Shown one piece after another: positions 1 through 12,790 of a stretch of 64,000 nt of DNA (the stretch's first letter is position 1; every line of letters begins with the position of its first letter). The stretch lies in contig OZ316897.1 in NCBI GenBank assembly GCA_973895155.1, positions 1 through 64,000 of the forward strand, written 5' to 3'. The DNA comes from Marsupella aquatica (Eukaryota; Plantae; Marchantiophyta). A program made the translations under genes and the position numbers. The notes under the pieces are model-generated. The model did not search any database, was not told the origin of the DNA, and was given only the letters and a program-made list of their open reading frames with translations.

Positions 1-1983
1 CCCTAAACCCTAAACCCTAACATAACCAAACCCTAAACCCTAAACCCTAAACTAAACCCTAAACCCTAAACCCTAAACCCTAAACCCTAAACCCTAAACC
101 CTAAACCCTAAACCCTAAACCCTAAACCCTAAACCCTAAACCCTAAACCCTAAACCCTAAACCCTAAACCCTAAACCCTAAACCCTAAACCCTAAACCCT
201 AAACCCTAAACCCTAAACCCTAAACCCTAAACCCTAAACCCTAAACCCTAAACCCTAAACCCTAAACCCTAAACCCTAAACCCTAAACCCTAAACCCTAA
301 ACCCTAAACCCTAAACCCTAAACCCTAAACCCTAAACCCTAAACCCTAAACCCTAAACCCTAAACCCTAAACCCTAAACCCTAAACCCTAAACCCTAAAC
401 CCTAAACCCTAAACCCTAAACCCTAAACCCTAAACCCTAAACCCTAAACCCTAAACCCTAAACCCTAAACCCTAAACCCTAAACCCTAAACCCTAAACCC
501 TAAACCCTAAACCCTAAACCCTAAACCCTAAACCCTAAACCCTAAACCCTAAACCCTAAACCCTAAACCCTAAACCCTAAACCCTAAACCCTAAACCCTA
601 AACCCTAAACCCTAAACCCTAAACCCTAAACCCTAAACCCTAAACCCTAAACCCTAAACCCTAAACCCTAAACCCTAAACCCTAAACCCTAAACCCTAAA
701 CCCTAAACCCTAAACCCTAAACCCTAAACCCTAAACCCTAAACCCTAAACCCTAAACCCTAAACCCTAAACCCTAAACCCTAAACCCTAAACCCTAAACC
801 CTAAACCCTAAACCCTAAACCCTAAACCCTAAACCCTAAACCCTAAACCCTAAACCCTAAACCCTAAACCCTAAACCCTAAACCCTAAACCCTAAACCCT
901 AAACCCTAAACCCTAAACCCTAAACCCTAAACCCTAAACCCTAAACCCTAAACCCTAAACCCTAAACCCTAAACCCTAAACCCTAAACCCTAAACCCTAA
1001 ACCCTAAACCCTAAACCCTAAACCCTAAACCCTAAACCCTAAACCCTAAACCCTAAACCCTAAACCCTAAACCCTAAACCCTAAACCCTAAACCCTAAAC
1101 CCTAAACCCTAAACCCTAAACCCTAAACCCTAAACCCTAAACCCTAAACCCTAAACCCTAAACCCTAAACCCTAAACCCTAAACCCTAAACCCTAAACCC
1201 TAAACCCTAAACCCTAAACCCTAAACCCTAAACCCTAAACCCTAAACCCTAAACCCTAAACCCTAAACCCTAAACCCTAAACCCTAAACCCTAAACCCTA
1301 AACCCTAAACCCTAAACCCTAAACCCTAAACCCTAAACCCTAAACCCTAAACCCTAAACCCTAAACCCTAAACCCTAAACCCTAAACCCTAAACCCTAAA
1401 CCCTAAACCCTAAACCCTAAACCCTAAACCCTAAACCCTAAACCCTAAACCCTAAACCCTAAACCCTAAACCCTAAACCCTAAACCCTAAACCCTAAACC
1501 CTAAACCCTAAACCCTAAACCCTAAACCCTAAACCCTAAACCCTAAACCCTAAACCCTAAACCCTAAACCCTAAACCCTAAACCCTAAACCCTAAACCCT
1601 AAACCCTAAACCCTAAACCCTAAACCCTAAACCCTAAACCCTAAACCCTAAACCCTAAACCCTAAACCCTAAACCCTAAACCCTAAACCCTAAACCCTAA
1701 ACCCTAAACCCTAAACCCTAAACCCTAAACCCTAAACCCTAAACCCTAAACCCTAAACCCTAAACCCTAACCCTAAACCCTAAACCCTAAACCCTAAAAC
1801 CCTAAAACCCTAAAACCCTAAACCCTAAACCCTAAACCCTAAACCCTAAACCCTAAACCCTAAACCCTAAACCCTAAACCCTGAACCCTAAACCCTAAAC
1901 CCCTAACCCCTAAACCCTAAACCCTAAACCTAAACCCTAAACCCTAAACCCTAAACCCTAAACCCTAAACCCTAAACCCTAAA
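1..1983 (-). repeat. Plant-type telomeric array (TTTAGGG)n, about 283 units, read as CCCTAAA on the + strand
   Basis: Near-perfect CCCTAAA tandem from base 1. Variant units (CCCTAA, CCCTAAAA, CCCTGAA, CCCCTAA) cluster in the proximal part, about 1765-1930. Confidence 0.99.
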
Positions 1984-4900
1984 GGCCGTTTCAGCCAATT
2001 CTTTTGATGCTTCAATCAACCGAGTGGTTGTTGCACCTCACTGGTCACGTCAAGTGAACTACTGTACTAGCTACTGCGTTTATGTCCACTAAGGCCTCTG
2101 GTGGCTGGTCGAGTAGAACTCCCACACCAATAATGAACCTGTTAGCCGAAGCCCGCCACAAAGTTGTTAGGGGATCGGGACCAAAAGGCTGAGGGCAGCG
2201 CCCTATTCTACCCAAAACGCCACTTTTGGAACTTTTTTAAGTAGTACACATTGCGCCTGTTTTTTTCTCCACTTCCTGCTACAACTTTTTAGGTTTTGTG
2301 ATTAGACTGCCTCGCCGCCATCAAAGCTTAACATTGGGCCTTGTAGACTGTTCGAGACTGCCAGCTGATTTCTCCAAAGGGTCGCCGCTATAGCTTCTCC
2401 AAGAGAACGAATGCCACTGCAGCTTCCCCAGCAGAGGGTGGTCAAAAATCTGGATCACGTCCCATAGCCTGTCCACCTTGCTCCAAGCACTCATAGAGTC
2501 TTGAGTTTACGTTGTGTGCACATTGTGCTCCCCGTAAAATTTTGTCATTTCGCGCGCGCGGCAACTTGGACTTGGTTCCTCACAATCGCGCATGCGTGGA
2601 ACTTGTGATTGCTCTGTTATAAAGACTTTCAACAAAGTTTAACTACAAAATCAATTACGTGTCCAAGTTCGTCTGTAACTGCGGGGCTATTGCCTTTACT
2701 TCCCACAATACCGTGATCTCCTTGTTAATCTTAACAAGAGCATCTACACATCTCTTAGCATGTACCCAACTCTTAGCATCTACATAACTCTTAGCATCTA
2801 CGCAAGTCTTCGTTTCCATTGGCAACCATTTCCACTGTGCAACGACCTGCCGAGCAGTACCTCCAGGAATTTGGTATAACAATTGTAAGAGAAGGCCAGA
2901 CATCATAGCCCCTTGAGTGTGCACCTCGGGATCTCCTGGGGGGACATCCATAGAAGGAGATCCTTCTTTCAATTGGAGAAGAGGGCGTTGAGTGCGGTTC
3001 TCGTTGATCCCTTCCCTTCACTGGGGCGAACGGATGAGGGTCTCTACGACAACTCAATGCAGTTCTAAAGATTGTCGACAACCCAACAATTGAAAGAGGA
3101 ATAGAATCTTGATCTGTGGGAATGAGCCCGTCCTTCCAACTTCTTGACATGCCTGGCCAAAGAGCTTGATCGATTAACAGAGTCACTGGCCTGCTATATA
3201 TCAAAACCTTTCATGGTAGTGATTGTCATTCAATCCAGGCATTCATCCAGAGCTAGAGACCTTGCAGTGGGCACTACTAGTACATAGTTGGACAGCTACA
3301 AGATACGGATGTTACATGCTGTTGCTTGAGCATTTAGACAGTGTTTGGTCACTTTAGTCTCTAGAAGATATGAATGGTCTTGTTGCTCGCAGAAAATCTA
3401 GTCTCTACTTTAGATAGTGATAATACCTAGGTTAGCATGTTCTAAGTTCTTTGTAGTTATTGGCGGCTTGATCAGGAATTTTCGATAGTGATAATACCTA
3501 GGTTAGCATAATTTCTGAATCTTTGTAGTTATTCGGAACTCAGGAATGTTGGCTCAGTCTTTGGTCTTCAAATGGTATTTCTCTGGTTTTCTCCCCTTTT
3601 GTGTGTCTCATTTAGTTGAGATCCTCTGTCTCTTCTCCCCTCTTGTGTGTCTCATTTAGTTGAGATCCTGTATCAGCTTCTCCCCGTTTTGGGGGGTCAT
3701 GTAATTGGGATCCTGTCCCTTCTCCCCTTTATTGGGTCTCATCCACAGATTTGGCTCATTTTGTTCTTTGGTAGAGTGATTCATTTCCATTTGGACCCTC
3801 ATTAGATGTATGTAAGCTAACGGAACATATTAAACAAATGGGACCTGCCTGTGGGCAAAAACCTATTGGGACCACATGTGAACCTTGTCCTCTATCTAGT
3901 ACCCATTGTTGCTTCTTTCTTGCAGTTATTTTTCATCATTTTGTTACTGATAACAATTAATAAATTGAGCTCAAAATAATTGATTTAATTAACCTTTGCT
4001 GTGTTTGCATTTCCTTTCTAAATCACTTAAGCTGAGGGTAAAGTTTAGGGTTTAGGGTTTAGTTTATCTCTATAATTTGCTTTACTCCATTGTACTTTGT
4101 TTGGCCTTTTTCAGGAAATTGGTCCTTAGTTTTCTTAAATGTACTTCTTCCTCGTTTTCTATTTTAGTAAGGTCTCAATGTGGGGAGAGTTTTGTAGATC
4201 AATGAACTTAGAAAGTTTGTCTCTGCTTTGGAGCAATGTCGGCTTAATTTACAGCAGGGGAGTGTGAGTTCTTTGACAGTACTGGTCTAAGTATCCTAAA
4301 TGTTAGATTCCCCTCAACAGACCCTACATGTGATCACACATTGAGACTTCACCCCTGGCTGCCTCTCACCAATATGTGCAACGTGCACTATATATATAAA
4401 TTAACACACTTAGAATCAACTACTGTAGAAAGTTTAGGGTTTAGGGTTTACTAATGATTTCTTATTAATTTCTTCTAGTGATGCCCATCTTGCAGTCTTA
4501 TGTAAACTGTCAGTGAAATAAGTGTCACTCCCCCTATAAAAGAGGGGAGTAAGCCCATTCCCTTCAATTATCTGAGCTTTGCCTAAATACACACATTGCA
4601 CTCACCCATGGTGGAATGTAAGTTTATGGCATTCAAAGTCCAAACTCCAGTTTGACTGCAACCAGCTAAATTGTAGGGTGGACTCCCTTGCCAATTAACT
4701 GCTGAACTTATTGTTGTTAGTTTAGCAAATGAGTAGCTAAACTATTCACTTAGTTTTCTCACTTTGATATCTTTTCCTCACTTTTACTCTTTCTCTCTCC
4801 TTGGTATGTTTTCTCATGTCAACATCTTTTGTTCAACGCACGGGCATTGGTCTAGTTATAGATATGAATACTCCCTCAAATGCATAGCACAACAGAGTGC

Positions 4901-6800
4901 CCCAAAAGTGCAGAGATTTTGGTACTCTGGAGCTAGTCTGGATCTAGATATATCCTAATAACAAGGAACTGGCACTCCAGCTTGCTTTGATGAAAAAAGT
5001 CACAATGCCATTACCTTCTTATAAATTTACCCTTGTACATTTTATGGTTCAGATTGTTGAACGATTCAAAGTGTAAGCTCATATGGGATCCCATCCGGGT
5101 CCCATGCATCTAATCATTAAACTGTTAAACCCTTTCAAGGTATTATAAACACTTAATGAACACTCAACTATTATTTGATTCCTAACCATAACAATCTTTA
5201 TGGTGCAACCTCTCGCCAAGTAATGAGTATCCACTGATTCCACCAGGCTACAAGTAGTCAATTCAGATTGGCGGCAGAAGAATAATCATTTTGCCTTGAG
5301 TAACTCTGAAGTGTGATTCATTTATGCCTGGTTTGGCCTTGATTTGTCATCCGTCACACCTGGTCATCCCGCCCCTATCCTGACACCGTCCCAACCTCAT
5401 CCCAACCCTATCCCAACCCCACCCGGTCCCAACCACACCCCGTAGGGCAACACGTAAACTTGCCCGTTAACTCAAACCGGGCATTTATCCCACACAAAGA
5501 TCATCCAACCCCAGGGGCAGGTGAATAATCATTATGCATGGAGTAACTCTGGAATGTGACTCATTTCTGCCAAGGGAAGATCATCCAAACCCAAGGGAAT
5601 GCAGCACATTGAACATGGTCAGAACATTGAACTACACAAACAAGGAGGGAGCTCGACCTGTACTTGCTCTAGGTTGGTCTCCTAGTGGTGTTGGCTATGC
5701 TGATGAGGAAGAAGCCTGAAGCACTTGTTGCTGCAAGCTGCCTCTCTCCGGCCACAATTCCAGGATCCTGAAAATTAAGCTTCACACCCTGACTTGGGCG
5801 TATGCCCAGGTTGACATTTTCCCTCCCTATCATTCTTATTGTTCGGAGAACATGATTGACAGTGAGTTTTGAAGTAAATTCTGGTGTATTATCCTTTTCC
5901 TTTTAATTAGTAGATATTTAAAAAGCAGAAGGGTTTGCAGAATTTATCACAAAGGACATGGTTACATTTCATTATATTGAGTTTATGATGGTTTTATTAC
6001 ATTTTGCTTTGAACTTTTTATTGAATACTCCACGTTTCTCAGATTGCACAAGGGGATCTGGTTGTTGGGATGACTTTGTGAGTGCAAAATCTACTTCCTT
6101 TAGTAGTTGGGAAGCTATCGGCCCTCTTTCACAAGATATTGCCTTACACGTCATTCAAAAGTAAGTTGGCTTCAAGCACTATTGTTGCCAATGATATGAA
6201 GCTCTACATGCACTTGGACAAATGAGTTTCAGTTTCAGGTTTCTTGTCATTGTTTTTGGTCATCCTCAAGACACTAAATCCTTTTAGTGTTCTGTGCAGT
6301 GTCATTCATGCCAACATTGTACAAATATTGAGGCGAGACCAAGGAAAGAACTGTACACTCCTTGGGACAAATCAATAGTAGATTTATGAAGGTGAGTACC
6401 TCAACATCAAAATTCCCCCTTTCTCCCCACCTACATGTTGAATTATTCATAAATCTAATGATAAAAATTACAACTTACGGCATTTCGGTACTCAGATCTG
6501 AAATGGTTCGTGTACTATTTGACCGGAATTGTAATATTTACTGAATTGGAATTAGAATAAACAAATTCAGTGGATTTGTTTGCTATAGTGTGGGAAAATC
6601 TAAAAAAATTGAACACCATAAAATTAAAGTTTACACTTTATTGGATTCTTTGTTATAAAAACATTCTTGAACTGTTTGTTAGAAAAGTTCTTAAACTAAA
6701 GTCCTCAAGGTTTTGAAGGACAGTATTTTTGAATGGCTATGATCACAGATCTCACCTTTTGGACGTGGTTACAATTATCCCTATTTTCATTGCTCCCCAT

Positions 6801-7290
6801 GTGAATGAGGGTACTTTTATCTCCTGAGGGTACCCTTGTGCATGAGGGTACTCTTATCAGTGAGGGTACTCTTATCAATGTGGTACATTTATCAACGATG
6901 GTACTTAATTAGATCAATGAGGGTACCCTTATCAATGAGGGTACTCTTATCTCCTGAGGGTACCCTTGTGCTTGAGGGTACTCTTATCAACGAGGGTACT
7001 CTTATCAGCGAGGGACTCTTATCAGCGAGGGTACTCTTATCAATGGGTACGCTTATCAACAATGGTACTTTGATCAGTGAGGGTACCCTTATCAATGAGG
7101 GTACTCTTATCTCCTGAGGGTACCCTTGCGTATGAGGGTACTCTTAAGTATCAATGAGGGTACACTTATCAACAATGGTACTTTGATAATGAGGGTACCC
7201 TTATCAGTGAGGGTACTCTTATCTCCTAAGGGTATCCTTGTGTTGGGCCTTGTCCATGAGGGTACTCTTATTAATGAGGGTACTTTTATT
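6801..7290 (+). repeat. Minisatellite of about 15-17 bp units (GAGGGTACTCTTATCA-type)
   Basis: Many degenerate GAGGGTAC(T/C)CTTATC units. The repetitive EGTLI/RVLLS ORFs here are by-products. Confidence 0.9.
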
Positions 7291-8494
7291 AGTCATAGCA
7301 AGCAACAAAGCGGGCAGGGACCCCATGAAGGCGCCCTGCGCCGGTAGAAGGACTCCAAACGTACTGAAAAGACCCTAAACCTCACCGGACCAGCATTTTG
7401 GGTATTGCAGGGACAAATACCAGCCAAAGTACATGCCTGAATTTACCTGCTCTATATTGGTTCCCTAAACCAGAGGTGATTTTTTTCATCAAATCCATAC
7501 ATTGTATCCTAGTTTTTTTCGCACATGATGTACAAACCTACATAATGTGAAAGTGGGGGAGAAGAAAAACAGCAAAAACCAAAGCAAGCAAAAAAAAATT
7601 CAGCTTTTTCCAGGAAGAAAAAAAAACTTCACCGTCAGGGGGGAAGGAAAAAAAAACTCCAGCTTCAGGCGCTAGGGAAAAAAACTTGAGGAAGGGCAGG
7701 GAAGGAAAAACAATTTGAGCTTCAGGAAAGGGAAACTTTAAGATTTTAGACGATAGGAAAACTTCAGGTAAGAGTCAAATGTTTTTTTGTAGTATTTGTA
7801 AATTAGAGTCAGGAGTTTTGAACTATCTATTCTCTTCGGTGAATTTGTTTTGGCTACCTTGTTCTCTAGAAAGGCAAGCATTGTGCATCGGTTGAAGTGC
7901 AAAGAAGATAGGACGGTATTTTCTTTCCTGGGTATCGATCAATAGACACGTTATTTAAATATGGGGTACCATTTATTCTAGTAAACAATTCTCTCATTAC
8001 ATTCAATATAAATGGACCCTAAACTCCCCCTGCCCCATTCTGGTCTGGTCTAGTTTTACTCCTCGACACCTCCGTATCTATTTCATACTCAGATTATACA
8101 TTTTCATTTTTACCATCAACCCTAGATTTTCAGAACCTAGAAGCGACGTGTGAGCCGCACTTCACACAAATCAAAATTTATTTTCCCCAGTCCCACATGA
8201 CCTGCCAATTTTCCCTCACACTGGACACTTACATCTAGATAAAAAAACACTACTCAAATGGATGGCTGTATGACATAACAAATGTGTTGTACAACACCTC
8301 ATTTGTGGCCGAAAACTCATTTGTGGCCGAAGACTGTTGGTGTAACAAACAATCTTCCTACTTTACCTGACCTGCATGATTACATCATTTCGTCACGTTT
8401 ATAGTCTTGTGTCCATGTATGTAAAACCCCACATTTTTACAGCCCAGCTTAGTACATTCCTTAATACATTCATTTGTACTTTAATTATGATTAT

Positions 8495-8900
8495 TAGATT
8501 ACCCCGGCATTTGCTTCGTATCTATGTGTAGGATTACCCCAGCTTTGTATCCATGGGTGTGGCCAATTTCCAAACATTAACCTTACTAGTACTTTATTGA
8601 TTATAAGATTACCCCGGCTTTTGTATTCATGTGTATGGCACAAATCCTAAACATTAATTAATGTATATTTATTGATGGATAAGATTACCCCAACTTTCGT
8701 ATCCGTGTGTATGGCACAATATCCTAAGATTAACTTGTCTAGTACATTGCTTTGTGATTGGATTACCCCGAGGTTCGGATGTATTCCTAACATTAACCTT
8801 AGTTGTACATTACTCGATTATTAGATTACCCTAGCTTGTGCATGATATCCACGTATATGGCCCAATTTCCTAAATAATATGAACCATAATACCGCATTAC
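8495..8900 (+). repeat. Degenerate tandem repeat built on GATTACCCC...GTATC motifs
   Basis: GATTACCCC recurs every 35-80 bp. Copy 2 (about 31095-31540) has one extra unit. Confidence 0.75.
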
Positions 8901-9954
8901 ATGACCTCAACTTTTGTATCTCTTACTGACAATGGCCATTTATCATGTAAACAGTGTCAACAGTGTGTGGTTTTCTCAGAATACTCTAAACCCTAAACCT
9001 TGTTCCTTTTCTTTCAATAGTGTTGTGTGGGTTTATCAGAATACTTGGCCTTTACAGATGAACACCTTTTAAGATTAAGAGTGTACCAAGGGTTAGCGCG
9101 AGGTGCAATACAATGCCCACAACAAGATAGATTAGGCAATTCAACCATACTACCCTGCTGTGCCTGTTTGTTCCCCAAAAAACCTTCACCCATACTGGAA
9201 GGTTGCCCATTCAACCTCCTTATAGTAGCAGACTGAACAGAAATCATCACAACTAATCCAAAAACGCAGACTACTGGACAGTACAGTGAGTACTTCTGAT
9301 TATTATACAGTAAGAGTGTGTGTGGTCAGTGATGATGTGGTTTGTCAATAGCTTCTCATCCCACTTTATAAAAACAACAGTGAGGACAGTCTGACCAGCA
9401 CCGCATTTCTTCATTAATGAACATGTCTGTTTACGGTAGTCCACAAAACAAGACATTCCACTCGTAAACAAAATAAGACATTCCACTTAGAGCAGCATTG
9501 CTCTCCTATTGTTCAACTGAGTAATCACTTATCAAAGTGGCTTCAACTGTGGCTGTGCGTTATAGAATACCCCCATCCCACGTACCCCCCTTCACCTTCA
9601 ATACTGTAATTTTGATACGTAAAGACTTTCGTGGCTTTTCTCTTTGTATATTTGAGTGCATTAATTCTCCATAATGCACCCCTTTTTTTGAGGAGGGGAT
9701 TATACAAAACACCTACCTGATACTAACACAATATCTATGAATAGAATCTAATATAACTAAAGAAGGTATATTTTTGGCCAATTCCATAGCAACCACTTCT
9801 TGGATGACCCTTTAATTTGAATTTTCTATTTCAGGGATTCACTTTTTCTTGTTTGTTACCAAAAAGTCACTCAAGTTTTTACGTACATTAAATGTCCTAG
9901 TTACGGGCATTATATCCCACAATGCCCTCTAACCAGGACATTATCCTATTAATA

Positions 9955-10210
9955 CCCTTCAGAGCACATGGGCATTAATTTGCATTACCCCAGCCCATGG
10001 TGGCTGTGCATTTTAGAATACCCCATCCCTCATACCCCCAACCTTCAAAATACTGTAATTTGATACATACATACCCTTCGGAGCACATTGGCACTTGCAT
10101 TACCCCAACACATGGTGGCTGTGCGTTTTGGAATACCCCATCCCTCGTAACCCCCAACCTTCAAAATACTGTAATTTGAAACATACATACCCATCTGAGC
10201 ACATGGGCAT
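9955..10210 (+). repeat. Tandem repeat of about 117 bp (GTGGCTGTGC...GAATACCCCATCC...CCTTCAAAATACTGTAATTTGA)
   Basis: Two adjacent units plus a dispersed partial unit near 9549-9620. Confidence 0.8.
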
Positions 10211-10225
10211 TTCCCACGTCCAAAA

Positions 10226-11346
10226 TTTTGTATCTCATTTCCCACGTCCAAAATTGAATGGTGACACATTTGATGCTAACGGAGTTTAAAGGTTTCAACA
10301 TGAAAGCTATGGGAGTCTACGGTTTAACCGGAAATGTTATGGGAGCCTCCACTTTAACCGGAAATGTTGTGGGAGTCCATATGCTGAAACTTGGAGACAT
10401 ACCATGTATCGCATGTGAGACACAGCCTTTACATAAGAGTGTTGTATGGTGGGTTGGACAGTGAAGGCGATTTGGGTCCTAGGAGTGTCTGAATGGAGTT
10501 GCAACACAGATGGAGGTGAGTAGCAAGGCATGGATACCGCAACCATGGATGTTGTACAGAAGAGAAGCTCCATCACTGCACACTCAGCCTGAAACCATGC
10601 CACGCCACTGCCACCAGTAAGCATAAAAAATGCAACCATTCGGAAATGCCTTCGCTCGAAGACTGCATCCGACAGTGAATGACTCTAATCCATCACTTGC
10701 TGCAATTATTGACGATGTCAGTACGCCATCCAAGCGATGCAAGATTCAAGATGCAGATTGAAGGGAATTTGGAGGTGGCGAGCACAGTCAGGACCAGATT
10801 GAAGGCCAGCGACAGGAATTCTCGAAGGCCAATGCTTCCCGACCAAAATACCGACCCAACAATAATGCAGAAGGGAATTTGAAGGTGACGAGCACATTAA
10901 GGAACCAGATTGAAGGCTGGTACAAGAATTCTAGAAGCATTGACCAAGCTTTGTTTCCTTTGTATTTCTCACGAACCCAAATTGAATGGTGACACTTTTG
11001 ATGCTAACGGAGTCCAATGGTTTCAACATGAATGTTATAGCTGCAAAAGACATTTATTGGAAATGTTATGGGAGTGCGGGACTACAAGTGAGTCACAATG
11101 AATGCTAGTGGTGTATGAACACTTAAAAAATAATGTTATGGGAGCCTACGGCAACCACCCGTAAGTCACCCTAATCAATACTAGTGGAGTTTAAAGGTTT
11201 TGATAATAATGTTGTGGGAGTCCAAATAATGAAATGTTGAGACCGTGCACTGCATGTAGGAGACCATGCACCGCGGTCCCTAAATACCCTGAAATGGCCT
11301 GAAGACCGGCCTCATTGCACGCGCTGTGCAGAGAAGATATATACAG
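10226..11346 (+). repeat. About 1.1-kb repeat unit present three times in the window
   Basis: Matches about 32869-33984 and 38676-39250 + 43857-44373; the third copy is split by an insertion. Ends in the TGCACGCGCTGTGCAGAGAAGATAT motif. Confidence 0.9.
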
Positions 11347-12197
11347 GTTGAGAGATTTGTGTTGGGAGTTAACACAGTTTGGAGTTACAAAATTTGGTGT
11401 TGTGTTGGGGTGTGAGGGGGTTGGGAGTTGTGTGTTGGGGATTGAGGGGTGTTGGGGATTGTTGGGTGTTGGGGGTTGAGGGATTGGAAGTTGTGTCTTG
11501 GGTTGGGTAGATAGATAGTTGTATGTTGGGGGTTAAGGGAGTTGGGGAGTTATGTGTTTACCGGTTGAAGGAGTTTGGAGTTTGGTTGTGGGTGGGGGTT
11601 GACATTGTGGGTTGGGGGAGTCGTGGGTTGGGGATTGAGGGGTTGTGGGTTCAAGGGGAAGTTGTGTCTTGGGTTGGGTAGGTTGAGAGTTGTGTGTTGG
11701 GAGTTGAGTGAGTTGGGGAGTTTGGTTGTGGGTTGTGGCATGGGTTGGGGGAGATGTGTTGGGGGTTGAGAAAGTCTGGAGTTAGGGATTTAATTTGTTG
11801 TAGAGTTGGGTGTTGGGGGTTGAGGGATTCATTTGGGGAGTTGTGTCTTGGGTTGGGTAGGTTGAGAGATTTATGTTGGGAGTTGAGAAAGTTTGGAGTT
11901 ACAAAATTTGGTGTAGTGTTGGGGGGCTGAGGGGGTTGGGAGTTGTGTGTTGGGGATTAAGGGGTTGTGGGTTCAAGGGGAAGTTGTGTCTTGGGTTGGG
12001 TAGGTTGAGAGTTGTGTGTTGGGGGTTGAGTGAGTTGGGGATTTAATTTGTTGTAGAGTTGGGTAGGTAGACAGTTGTATGTTGGGGGTTGAGGGAGTTG
12101 GGGAGTTATGTGTTGGAGGTTGAAGGAGTTTGGAGTTTGGTTGTGGGTGGGGGTTGACATTGTGGGTTGGGAGTTGCCGGGGAAGTTGTTTGTTGGG
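11347..12197 (+). repeat. G/T-rich low-complexity degenerate repeat (TTGGGGG/GGGTTG/GGAGTT units), G-quadruplex-prone
   Basis: Dense G-runs and very few C on the + strand. Internal duplication, e.g. 11521-11620 vs 12077-12173. Confidence 0.88.
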
Positions 12198-12565
12198 ATA
12201 GAGACAACCATGTTGTAAAAGATGGACAAGAAAGATGATAAAGAAAATCCAACACAAAAGGGAAAATCAACACTAAACCTTTGAACCTTTGATCCCTGAG
12301 TATAGACAGCCACAACAAGGGCAGACTGACACATTGGGCAGTCAGTTGTAAAAGATGGACAAGGAAGATGATAAAGAAAAGCCAACACTTAGTCTAGAAA
12401 GAGGGGAAATTCAGAGAAAATCTGGACTGTCAATAAGAAGAGATAGATGGGCAAGATCATGTGCAAGGACTTCAATTCAATCCAATCTTCAATGGAAAAT
12501 CCCAGTTCTTACAATATACGGTTAACATAATTATGTATACAAATCATCATTCCTGCTTATATGTC

Positions 12566-12790
12566 ACAAGTATCTCCTCGACAAGACAAGTCAACAATAA
12601 ATATCAACCTGCTTATCCGCCACAAGTATCTCCTCGATAGGACAAGCCAACAATAAATATCAACCGTGAAAAGTCAAAAATAAATGTTAGCCGTGGAAAG
12701 TACCTCCTTGACACGACAAGTCAACAATAAATATCAGCCATCGTAACAATAAATATTAGCATGGAAAGTCAACAATGAATGTTGGCCGTG
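12566..12790 (+). repeat. Short tandem repeat CAAGTATCTCCTCGA...ACAAGTCAACAATAAATATCA
   Basis: CAACAATAAATAT-containing units repeated 5-6 times. Confidence 0.75.

Larger units (their letters stand above)
1984..11346 (+). repeat. Subtelomeric segmental duplication, block A copy 1 (telomere-capped)
   Basis: Starts GGCCGTTTCAGCCAATTC right after the last telomere unit. Near-identical to 24575-33984, with the same ORF track at an offset of about 22.6 kb and scattered SNPs and small indels. Confidence 0.97.

Noticed and set aside
20-60. Irregular units at the distal tip of the telomere
   Set aside because: Likely low-coverage consensus errors at the contig end.
2655-3204. Minus-strand ORFs with VDAKS repeats (also at 25246-25795)
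   Set aside because: Short and driven partly by an 18-bp tandem repeat. Conservation reflects only the recent duplication.
6836-7347. Repetitive ORFs (EGTLI/RVLLS) and a superficially CRISPR-like repeat array
   Set aside because: Translation of a degenerate minisatellite. There are no unique spacers or cas genes, and the context is eukaryotic.
11550-12388. Pro/Thr/Gln-rich and Gly-rich ORFs
   Set aside because: By-products of the G/T-rich low-complexity tract.
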